64,000 nt of DNA. Source: Nemertoderma westbladi. Lineage: Eukaryota > Animalia > Xenacoelomorpha. Position numbers and translations under genes: made by a program. Under the pieces are notes generated by a model that ran no database searches, was not told the DNA's origin, and saw nothing but the letters and a program-made list of their open reading frames with translations. The stretch lies in contig JAUCBJ010003513.1 of the NCBI GenBank assembly GCA_032718475.1, positions 1 through 64,000 of the forward strand. The letters run 5' to 3'. Positions 35,401 to 47,100 of the stretch are shown one piece after another (the stretch's first letter is position 1; every line of letters starts with the position of its first letter).

Positions 35401-37306
35401 TCAATGGTGTTACAATCAATGTTTAGTATGGTCTTACAATCAGCGTTTAGTATGGTGTCAATGGTGTTACAATCAGGGTTTAGTATGGTGTTTCAATCAA
35501 TGTTTAGTATGGTCTTACAATCAGCGTTTAGTATTGTGTTACAATCAATGTTTAGTATGGTCTTACAATCAGCGTTTAGTATGGTGTCAATGGTGTTACA
35601 ATCAGGGTTTAGTATGGTGTCAATGGTGTTACAATCAGGGTTTAGTATGGTGTTACCATCAGCGTTTAGTATTGTGTTACAATCAATGTTTAGTATGGTC
35701 TTACAATCAGCGTTTAGTATGGTGTCAATGGTGTTACAATCAGGGTTTATTTAGTATGGTGTTACAATCAATGTTTAGTATGGTTTTACAATCAGCGTTT
35801 AGTATTGTGTTACAATCAATGTTTAGTATGGTCTTACAATCAGCGTTTAGTAAGGTGTCAATGGTGTTACAATCAGGGCTTAGTATGGTCTTACAATCAG
35901 CGTTTAGTATGGTGTTACAATCAACGTTTAGTATGGTGTTACAATCAACGTTTAGTATGGTTTTACAATCAACGTTTAGTATGGTGTTACAATCAGCGTT
36001 TAGTATGGTGTTACAATCATCAGCATTAGGTATGGCATGGTGTCAATGGTGTTACAATCAGGGTTTAGTATGGTGTTACAATCAACGTTTAGTATGGTGT
36101 TACAATCAGCGTTTAGTATGGTTTTACAATCAACGTTTAGTATGGTGTTACAATCAGCGTTTAGTATGGTATTACAATCAGTGTTTAGTATTGTGTTACA
36201 ATCAATGTTTAGTATGGTCTTACAATCAGCGTTTAGTATTGTGTTACAATCAATGTTTAGTATGGTCTTACAATCAGCGTTTAGTATGGTGTCAATGGTG
36301 TTACAATCAGGGTTTAGTATGGTGTTACAATCAACGTTTAGTATGGTGTTACAATCAGGGTTTAGTATGGTGTTACAAACAGCGTTTGGTGTGGTCTTAC
36401 AATCAACGTTTAGTATGGTGACAATCAACGTTTAGTATGGTCTTACAATTAGCGTTTAGTATGGTGTTACAATCAACGTTTAGTATGGTTTTACAATCAA
36501 CGTTTAGTATGGTGTTACAATCAACGTTTAGTATGGTGTTACAATCAACGTTTAGTATGTGGTCTTACAATCATCGTTTAGTATGGTCTTACAATCAGGG
36601 TTTAGTATGGTGTTACAATCAACGTTTAGTATGTGGTCTTACAATCAGCATTTAGTATGGTGTCAATGGTGTTACAATCAGGGTTTAGTATGGTCTTACA
36701 ATCAGCGTTTAGTATGGTGTCAATGGTGTTACAATCAGGGTTTAGTATGTTGTTACAATCAACGTTTAGTATGGTCTTACAATCAGCGTTTAGTATGGTG
36801 TTACAATCAGGGTTTAGTATGGTGTTACAAACAGCGTTTGGTGTGGTCTTACAATCAACGTTTAGTATGGTGACAATCAACGTTTAGTATGGTCTTACAA
36901 TTAGCGTTTAGTATGTTGTTACAATCAACGTTTAGTATGGTGTTACAATCAACGTTTAGTATGGTGTTACAATCAGCGTTTAGTATGGTATTACAATCAA
37001 TGTTTAGTATGGTGTTACAATCAGCGTTTAGTATGGTGTCAATGGTGTTACAATCAGCGTTTAGTATGGTATTACAATCAATGTTTAGTATGGTGTTACA
37101 ATCAGCGTTTAGTATGGTGTCAATGGTGTTACAATCAGGGTTTAGTATGTTGTTACAATCAACGTTTAGTATGGTCTTACAATCAGCGTTTAGTATGGTG
37201 TCAATGGTGTTACAATCAGGGTTTAGTATGTTGTTACAATCAACGTTGAGTATGGTGTTACAATCAACGTTTAGTATGGTGTTACAATCAGCGTTTAGTA
37301 TGGTGT
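26427..37306. repeat. 24-bp satellite (GTTTAGTATGGTGTTACAATCAGC), ~10.9 kb, roughly 440 units, with 33-bp variants toward the right
   Basis: Unit read directly. It produces the many MVLQSAFS/WCYNQRLV ORFs in the track. Confidence 0.97.
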
Positions 37307-39181
37307 AATTATTTTTATAAAATTAAGTCGGGAAATTATCACGTAAATTCTTCAAGGAATTGAAACTATTGTGGAGGTTCACCCAGCCATTGTATGGCTG
37401 GGTGAACCAGGGTTTGAAATTTTAAAGTAATTTAAAGGTAAATTTAAAGTACATATCACCTAATAGCGAACCATTTTCGACCAAAAAGTTACTAATTTTA
37501 AATCAATATCGCTAGTTTTGCCTTTTTGGTATATTATCGCGTACTTCCCAAGGTGGCCATTCGCCTCTGATATTCGACTTGGCTGTCGGGGACCCGATTT
37601 TACGAAAATCCATTTATCTCCGCTTCCACTGGGTCTTTTTGAAAATTTAAAACAGCCTCCGTAAATGTTCCATCCATCGCTAGGTAGTTATTTTCCGAAG
37701 CCCCCCCCCCCCCCCCTTCATGCCTTCATTCGTATTTCCCTGTAGCCAGTTCTTTTCCCCCAATCTATTGCGCGGACTCCGTTCAAAAACTGCACGGGGT
37801 ATCCAGAAATCCAACAGTCTTTCAAATATCTATCCCGGGCGGTTACGTAATGATCGCCGCCGTCGGTCAGTCGCCGGAACCTGAGCAACTGCGATGTGGC
37901 AACCGCCCGTAAAGACTGTTTACTATGGTTACTGCAAAATGGAACTGGGAGTTTTCTAGATAAAGGTTTAATATAAACTCTAGTTTATACAGTATATGCC
38001 CCTCACTATCCCTGTACAACTCCAAGTCAATAAAAATATATATTTTGAAATTCAACGGTTAACTTAATTATATCCGTCCCATAAACCTCGTTACTGGCCC
38101 TATTATATCGATTAACTATTTCCGCCTTAACTACTTCGCTGGATAATTTACTCCCAAAAATAGCCTCTCCGTTTTATAAACATAACTCTTTTCGTATATT
38201 CTCAACCTGTTCTTCTGATACAATGAAAGCCCTGAAGTCGGCTTGTCGGTTCGTGGAAAATATAACCTCGTGGCATCCACCGCCACAGTCCAAATCGGGA
38301 TCATAAACCCGAGCGCCGTTGATACAAGTAGCCTCATTCTCCATTACCTCGAGGAGAAAAGGAAAAATATAATTAACTTTTATTATAAGTTCGTAAAATT
38401 TACGAAGTCGTATCTCTCTGTATTAAACGGAACCACATCTCGCAAAACCGAGCGCGTTAAAAGGGAGGCTAATTAAATGAAATAGATAGCAGGTGTTGAT
38501 TAAACAGTCCTCGCTGTCTATTTCTATCGCTATTAGCAACACCTGTACACAAGAGTGAATGCGATAATAAACTGTTGCCCACTTCCATCATCGGACCATA
38601 GCCATCATCGGCTAGCTAACCATTACTTTAAAATTGTTATTTTTATATTTATTTTACTGACTGTTTAAATAATTCAATTTATTTTAGAAAAGGGGGTGGG
38701 GTGGGGGGGGGGGGGGGTGGGGTGGGTTGTGGGGGTTGGGGGTAGACACATAGAGAGCTTGTCAGTGCATTCGTCACATTCAAAACCCTCATTCTAAATA
38801 TAACCAACTTTTACTTGCAATTTAGCATAATGTTATGTTAGCAACATAATATGGCACCTCCCCCACTACTGGTTCATCTTGAAGGCCCATCAAATTCTGG
38901 CAAGGCTAGTCGATAGTTTAACTATTTGAATGAGCCACGGCACCGTAAACTTTCCCATCGCACATATAACCCATATAATAGTAAATAAAATATAACCCAT
39001 TTCACATGTTACCTATCACTTCTAACCGTTTGAATGTTATGAAAATTAATCAACACTATGAAAATATGATAACCATAAATAGCTGTAATTATTTAAATAA
39101 TTAATTATCCCGTAACATTAGTGTATTATTTACTATATTTGTTTCCCTTCCTTCCCAATCGACACAAAGATTGGTTGTATC

Positions 39182-40783
39182 ATGTATATCACGATGGCAT
39201 ATATAGGATTTAAATGGTCTATTATAATTGCGATTGTATTGAATGTCATGGGAGAGGAAATGCCGCCCATTCAGAACTTAAAGAATTTTATATTTGACTC
39301 ATATTTTAAAGGCGTTAGACCTGTCTTCTACAAGGATGACATTGTTTACGTTGATGTACAATTAGACATTGGAAGCATTATTGAGTTGGATATTGTTGAT
39401 TCAAGCATAGAGTTGACAATGTGGATTAAATTTTCTTGGGTCGATATAAATCTTGTTTGGGACCCTGATGAATATTTTGGGACATACGAACTCTCATTAA
39501 ATCCTGACCAGATTTGGTCACCCAGAATAACATTATTGGGAATTGTTAATAAGCAATACGGAGATGGTGTTGATTACGTTACAGTGCACTGCACCGGATA
39601 TGTGGAATCCTACCATAGATGGTCTCTTAAGGTATCGCAAAACTTTTCTCCAAGATATTTCCCATATGACATTCAATTAGTAAAGTTTATGATTGAATCG
39701 TGGACCTACAATGAAACAAAGGTTGTACTAAACTGGGCAGAACACATGAGGGGTGCAGGAAGTAAGATTAAATTCACCTCAAATGAGTGGCAATGGAAAC
39801 AAGCCATTGTAACTTCCACAAAATCTAATCATATTTCAATTGACGGTAAACAGAACTCCACCTTTACTCAACTAGTCTATGTGATGACGTTACATCGAAA
39901 TCCAGATTTCTATTTCAAGACGATAATTTTCCCGGCTATTGTCATCAGTATGATCATTCCTCAGCTCTTCCTTGTACCCATAGAGAACGGCAACAGACTC
40001 GGCTTAGCCAGTGGTCTATTTTTTGCCCAAATGCTCAACCTTGTACTGGTGCAGGAATTTCTGCCGCCAGCCTCAAAGGAAGAACCACTCCTCGCTCAAC
40101 TTTATTTCTTACATGTTGTAGTAACATTGATTTGCGTGACAGCCAGTATCGTTATAGAGCATGTCTTCAGCATTTTCTCAGACACAAACAGGTCGGAACA
40201 TAAAACGACCAATAACAAAGTAGATGAAGAATCATTGCAATCTGTAAATAACATTTGTAGTGCCCTTCAGAAGAATGTCGAGAACAAATCCACACATTTA
40301 AAGGAAAACCGAAAATTGTCAATTCTTCCAAAGAATTGGAATAAAGATGTAATGTTGTTAAAGAACAGGTTAAATCTAGTTAAATGTTGCGATCGGGCTA
40401 TGTTTATTTTGTGTGCTATATTTGTAATCGCTTCTAATAGTTGGGTTATGGTTGTTTTGGAACCGCCAACCTCGGATTTATTGATCTCAGATCTTGTTAA
40501 AGAAATAGAGGCCAGTGAGGCTTATCTTGCGAAAGAATCGGAAGTGGTTGTTGTTACAACAGAGTCTGGAGTAGGGGATGTTACTGATGATGAGTTTGAT
40601 ATTGGCGCTGGTGACCCAGATTATGGGCCTGAATATGGCCCTACGACCCCGCGATTCAACGTATTGGACAATGGATTGGATGCGAGTAGTGATTCAATGT
40701 CACCCTTGGCAATCCACTGCTTATGTAAATGGCTCATGTTCATCATATTGTTTACTACTACTACCAGTTTGTTTGGGATCTAA
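39182..40783 (+). CDS. Pentameric ligand-gated ion channel subunit (nAChR/5-HT3-like), single exon, lacking the Cys-loop cysteines, 533 aa
   Basis: Signal peptide, then YFKGVRPV, W.D.NLVWDP, IWSPRI, YFPYDIQ, ESWTY, SNEWQ, RNPDFY. M1-M3 (IIFPAIV..., GNRLGL..., EFLPPAS...PL) and M4 (DRAMFILC...). Confidence 0.9.
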   Translation: MYITMAYIGFKWSIIIAIVLNVMGEEMPPIQNLKNFIFDSYFKGVRPVFYKDDIVYVDVQLDIGSIIELDIVDSSIELTMWIKFSWVDINLVWDPDEYFGTYELSLNPDQIWSPRITLLGIVNKQYGDGVDYVTVHCTGYVESYHRWSLKVSQNFSPRYFPYDIQLVKFMIESWTYNETKVVLNWAEHMRGAGSKIKFTSNEWQWKQAIVTSTKSNHISIDGKQNSTFTQLVYVMTLHRNPDFYFKTIIFPAIVISMIIPQLFLVPIENGNRLGLASGLFFAQMLNLVLVQEFLPPASKEEPLLAQLYFLHVVVTLICVTASIVIEHVFSIFSDTNRSEHKTTNNKVDEESLQSVNNICSALQKNVENKSTHLKENRKLSILPKNWNKDVMLLKNRLNLVKCCDRAMFILCAIFVIASNSWVMVVLEPPTSDLLISDLVKEIEASEAYLAKESEVVVVTTESGVGDVTDDEFDIGAGDPDYGPEYGPTTPRFNVLDNGLDASSDSMSPLAIHCLCKWLMFIILFTTTTSLFGI

Positions 40784-41164
40784 ACAAACATTATGGCAGC
40801 TCTGAATGGTCATCTTTTTATTATTTTTATTTATATATTTTATATATTGTGTTTTCAACCATACCCAGAATCTACAGTAGTTGTCACTGGATAAAAGGAA
40901 CCAAACCTCACCAATAATAGTTTCTTTGTTGCTATTAAATTAAAATCCACGTTGCTATGGTAAAAATCATGAAATTGAAAGTGATTTGAATTGTTTGTTT
41001 TGAAAGACTGCGGTATTATCAAGATAACGTACATAATTATTGAGGTTTATTGATTCCCTCATACAGTGCATTGCATACAAACAGATGGTGATGATTTCTC
41101 TCCAAATATGTGTACTAACATCTTATAAATATATATCGTTGGTTGTTTATTTCCTTCTTTATTT

Positions 41165-41950
41165 CCCTCATACCAGAGAAATCTTAAACTGTCTGTATCC
41201 TCTTGTGTGACAGAGACTTAGTGAAACATTGCTTGGACGTCGCATGTAAATGCGTATTTCCCTTCTCTAAAATGCCACGAAATATCTAGTCCCCTATTAT
41301 AGACCTATTATACTATGTCCTTCCACTAAGTAATCATTTAAACATTTCCCGCCTATTTTCGCTCTGGTATCCTGTAGTACTACCCTATATCGATCCTCAT
41401 GTGGTTCCCATACTGTGTGTAATGGTAGATAGTTTGTCTTTACGTTGACATTTATTCCTCCTGGTAATTTCACCGCCCATCCCTTTGTGTATTTGTCGAT
41501 CGCCGCTTGCACCTCATTACGTTGCTTGTTGTTTCTTGCCAACTTTTACTTAAGACTTTCCAATCTTTTTAGTGCCATTCCTTTACTATATTTCTCAACT
41601 CTTGTTTCTCGTCTCTCCAGAGCATCCAATTTCGAAATGTCCTTCTTTAAATTGGATGGTATTACTCATAAGCACTCTTGCGCGTATATCCTCATGTGAA
41701 TCTCCCAATATCATATTGAATAATCCCTCGCAATCGTGGTTAGAAAGGTTATATCCATGTCGATTTCTTTGGGTCTCCGATAATTAATTCCTGGCTTCTT
41801 CGTCTCCGCTCTCGTCCAGCCGCTCTACTCCCTTCGGAATCTTGGCGTGTCGATAGTTTACCCATCCGAGTGGTGTTAGTTTCGCCCATGGTCCACTCTT
41901 TATCCCTCTTCTTTCATCGATTGTCTCAAAACATTCCTGGTTATCCACTT
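41165..41950 (-). pseudogene. BEL/Pao retrotransposon reverse transcriptase relic
   Basis: NYLPLHTVWE, YRVV, CLNDYLVEG, and KYAFTCDVQAMFH*VSV...DSLRFLW, with stops and frameshifts. Confidence 0.8.
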
Positions 41951-42446
41951 CAATTAGTACAAAAATTTTGTAAAAAAAAAATTAAAATTAAAAAAAAAAT
42001 GAAAAAAAAAATCATTAAAAAATGGGGAAATATTATGAAATCAAGAAAAAAGAAAACTGATTATTTGAAATTTGGAAATTTAGTGAAGTTTATGAAATTA
42101 CCTTTTATATATCAAAAATTATTGCAAAAACGGTTAAGAAATGTCATTCTGAGTAAATCGCCTTCAAAATTCAAACCTTCCCGCGCAAAATTGCCTGAAA
42201 AGAGCCAAAATTATATTTACGAGGTTTTTCGGGTCGCTGATTTCAGTACCGATGTCAGTTTTAATATTTGGTGGAATCTAGTCTGTCCGTCTTACATTTT
42301 GACAGACAGATATTTCACGATAACTCGAGATCTAACATATATCTCTCGAAGCGGTTAGCAGATTTGAACAATAATTTAAATTATTATTGGCTATAGAAAA
42401 TGTCATGTCATTGTGTCACTAGTATTTGTCTGACAACTTGTTACAG

Positions 42447-43020
42447 CTACTACTACTACTAGGATCGGCGTGCCGCATTGCAGCTGCATTTTTAAGAATG
42501 CTGTGCCGGCTTGTCGACAAAATTGCACCGCCACAACTCCCTATCACCCATGACATTTGCTAGATCATCCGCATCTTCAAGGCCAGTGTCCTTTAAGATA
42601 CGTCTCAAGAAAGTCATGGGCTGTCCACCATGCTTATTCACTCCATGAGGCTGCCAAAGTACAAGATTATGCACTGGCTGGTCCTCACGGCGAAAGCAAT
42701 ATCCTGCAAAGCGGAGGCGATTTTGTTCTAGTGTCAAGCTTGGGTGAACCAATGAGACACCTCCAATGTTATATAGTGTTTGGTTGGAGATGTGTGCATT
42801 GTACTTGACACAATGAACCCGGCTATCGACTGTGGAAATAGAAATTTCATTCCAACCCATGAAACTTTCGAACGGCCATATCACTCTTATTTTTCAACTA
42901 AAGAGTTCGAATTGTGTTACATATTATTTGGAATCCTTGCACGGCACGTCACTATAATGTTGAAGAATAACTGCGGTGTAACTGGTGCAATATCGACGGA
43001 GACACTCTTTTGTACTGTGT
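42447..43020 (-). mobile_element. 3' fragment of an RTE-like LINE
   Basis: RLRFAGYCFRR, LVLWQP, DRELWR C-terminal motifs, with a (TAG)n tail at ~42447-42462. Confidence 0.75.
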
Positions 43021-44144
43021 AACTATTGATTGAAAGCTAATAAATAATAATACTGTAAAAACATATAAGTAAGTACCTGTGTTGAAAGGGGCCGCAGGTG
43101 TACCGGTACCGTCTTAACAATGAATAATAAAACCTTTGGGGGGGGGGGGGGGGTCATTAAACAACCCCCCCCCCCCCCCCCCCCAGGACATGGTGTGTAT
43201 TACGTTTCATGATTTTGTTTGAATGTGTTTATTATATTCAATAATTTTGCATTCACTATACTGTAGGTGTTATCATGATGATTATCATGATATTGTTGTT
43301 AAAGAGAAAACCTTTACATCTGTGACAAAAGTGCCCAATTTTTTTGGTAGGTAGTATTTGGTGAGTGTTTCACAGAATGTTGAACGAAATTATTTAGCTA
43401 ATTATTCTAAAGAATCACGATTAAATACTCAGCCAATCATTTGGCGAGATAAAGCAAGCTGGCTTATTAGTCTGGTACCTTACACTAGTGCCTATGTCCT
43501 ATTGATGTAATTACCCGTTGCCAAGTAGTGCTGAGGTGGTTGGACTGTTTCCCAGCGCCAGCAGATAGGCAAGGCAATAGCAAGCATGCCAATGAATGAC
43601 GGAGCTGGAAGTATAGAGATACGGTGGCATTTTGATAACTTAATTACGTTTAGATCAATTAAAAACACATTTCTTAAAGCAAATCACTTGAACTAATTAA
43701 AAACTATAATGGAATGGGGTATGGGGATTACAGCTGTATACTTTTTAAGTATAATTATTTATATCTTATACTATAAATAAGTTTACCATTTACCATAACC
43801 AACATTAATTAATTAATCATTAATTAATTAACTGAATTTATCTTACCTTCTCGAAGGCCAAACGAAAATACAACTTGGAAAATTTCTAAACTTTTGCCAA
43901 ACAACATGTGTACCAAGTTTGGATAGATTTCATTAAGATTTGGCTTCAAATTATTAAAGTTTAAAATTTGGCATAACAGAACAACGGAATATCGGAACAA
44001 CAGAATAACAGAATAACAGACACACCGATTGAGTTAGTGGTACCTGTATGCTAAGTTCGCTTACTTTCGTGGCTCGCCCCACAATTATCGTGTACGGATC
44101 AAAACGTGACAATTATTGTCTACTTCCCTCTTACATAAAGAACA

Positions 44145-47100
44145 TTACGTATTAGGCTTAACCTTACAAGCAGTTCCCACACCCGGATACTGTGACCCAG
44201 ATGAACGCTGAACCTCAGTAATAGAGTTCAACAGATCGTAACACACGCTCTTAGTGACTACCGAGTCCTTCTTGTACTCGGGATGTGCGAGGATACGTGA
44301 CCTCATCCATTGCGCGGTGGTTGGTATGCGACCGGACGCTCTGTCCCCGACCAACTCGATGTATCCGTACAGACGACTCCGCGTCTCGGAATCCATGTCC
44401 GGCAGACCGTCGACGTACGAACGAAGCAACCCCGCCACCCCCACAAACCCTTCCTTCTTCCCGTTAATAATCTCGTCTATTGTTAGTAATTCTTTGTCAA
44501 GACAATCGAAACCCTCATCATGAATACTTTCAACTAAATCCTTCCGCTTATTCTCTTGTTTGCATTGAAAATAGAACTTCGAGTTGACAGCAGCTCCGCG
44601 TTTTTGGCATTCTGACATATTCTTGTGGACCTGAAAATAAGTAAATGTAAAAGTTTATAATGTGATATTATTATTATTCAAATACTTATTACAGCTTGTA
44701 ACACCACAGCGTTCATACAAATAGATAATAGGGTTAGAACAATTTATTAATATATATGAAAATGTTACAAATAATTCTAGAACATTCCTTAACATAATAT
44801 AGGCCTGTGCGTGGTGTGGGGATCTCAGCCCCATTATCCACACATATCTTTATACGTTTACAGACTACTGTACACCCATAACTTATTTATTTCCCGTGTC
44901 AGTTATAACTCATGGGTTAACAAGTTTTTTCTGGCGTCGTTGATTTAGGATAATGTTTTTTACGTCACTATAGTTACGTTTATGTTGCGTTTAACAAACG
45001 TCAGTTTTTTTAAAGTCAATTTTTTTTATAAACGTTATAATTTCAAATTATTGTATTTGAATTGTCGCACAGCCTATCAAGTCTCTCATTGTACCGAGTA
45101 CCAAGGAAGCTTACGATTTTAACCAATCAATTAATTTATTACCTGACTCATCGGTATTACGAAAGTGGTTCTCTTTGCTAGGATGACCTTGGATAACATC
45201 CACACAAATATAACGTAAGCGGCATTCTCGAAGTCGGTAATCTGGATCTCCATTGGTCTGAACTCAACTCTCCAACCATCTCGGGAATCCATCGAGGGAG
45301 GTTTCAACCTCAAAGTCTGCCAGTTAGTTGACTGTTTTATTAATAAAATACAAAATCATATATAAAAATAGATACTAAATAGCAATTATTAAATACAAAC
45401 GAGACATTTCATTTATAATTGTATTTATTTTGATATTTTAATTCATCGTATAATGTACTAATCTCCTTCTAAGTACCGGTATACTGGGTTGTGATGAGAT
45501 TGTATAACTTCGAAGGGGTGTTTGATCAAAGTGGTACCTGTATATTTAAGAAATGATCCATATCATTTAAGTCGTCCTGTATGAGTTTATCTTTGTAGAC
45601 TACTATTGGGTCGCGGATGAATAAATGGGCGATGTGCTGCGCCATCAAGCGATCAATTCCGGCTGTTAGCATCTGCTGATAATACCTGTAAGGGTTGGGA
45701 AAGATGCAGGAATACAAAGACATCTAACTACTCATGTAAGTAGGCCTACTGTATGTATCTGATTGCTTTTGATTATGTTTTTACCTAGTTAGACAGAAGA
45801 GTGCAACGAATTGTAATGAACCCAAAAGAATAAGTAAAACGTATGGGACCTTCGGGCTGCACAGCACATGGATAGCTGGTTATCTGCATGTTCTATATTT
45901 GGATCTTACAAATTAGCAGTAATCATCATAGAGTTGCGACATTTTTATAAAAATGTCGCGCAGTTTTATCGGCTATTATAGTAACCACGCATTGATCGTC
46001 TTCCCTTCCCTTCCGTACACGTGTCCTCTATCCTTTATTGTGTACTACTGTATGCGTGTGGCACCCATAGGCTCCCATTCTGAGCACATCGCTGTATATT
46101 ATATACTCATCTACTGGTTTCATAGCAACGTGAATCTACTTACTCCAGGGATATTAGGCAACTACTAACAATATGTTTCATAAGATTAGTTACCGTGAAA
46201 TAGCTAGCTACTGAGTTTTAATGGCATAATAATAATATTCCAATTGTTTTATGATGGAAATTTGATTGACGATATTTAAATAAATTCAGTGTTTCACAAG
46301 CTCGCTATCTGGAAAGTTTTCCAATGTTTTTTTATTGCTTTGAGTTTATACTTTATATGCAGGTGAAACATTATTTATATTATATGAAACTACATTCTCT
46401 TGTTTGATTTGGCTCAAATATAGGCGTAGTCAGGGAAATTAATCTAAATATATTTATGCCAATTCTAGAATAATTCTGGTCTAGTCGATAAGAGGGTGTG
46501 CAGTAATTCAGAATATTACGGGTTTAGAATCAGTAATAAGATTTGAATTATTTGAATTAATAGTTAATCGACACATAAATAAATATAATATAATATTAAA
46601 AAATTATTATATATATAAAAAATATATAAAAATATTATTATATATACAATATTATAAATAAATATATAATAAATAAATTTTATAAAGAAATACTACAGTG
46701 AGGCTGAAGGTTTATATTATTGTGTCGCCTAACTAAGTGTAACCTCTTTATGTACATTAATATATCGTTTAGTCAGAAAACCATAGATCGAACATATATT
46801 TCGGGATGAAGTTAATAATTATAGTTTGGTCGGTTCTACTACTAGTTTTACTTTCACTATCGGAAACTAGTTGTAAGGACACCGGTGGCGTTTCAGACGA
46901 AGATACAATGTCGCCCAGCAACGAAGCAGCGGGCACGGAAGGTAGTGATGGGGACAAGGGCAAAGAGTACGGAGCTTTTTGCAAGTATTGCAAGTACTGC
47001 AAACATTGCAAGAGTTGCGATATTGAGTGCGTGGATTGCGATGCGGAGGCTATTCCAGGCGCCCCCAAGCGGAAGTGCCCGGTAACCTGCAAGTACTGCT

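Noticed and set aside
26530-37308. Long ORFs (up to 671 aa) of MVLQSAFS / WCYNQRLV repeats
   Set aside because: They result from a 24-bp unit lacking stops in two frames. Frames switch at indels and there is no unique coding sequence.
43138-43184. G-run/C-run hairpin, plus other G/C homopolymers (37700, 38700, 49365, 49755)
   Set aside because: Simple homopolymers of uncertain assembled length, with no further evidence of function.
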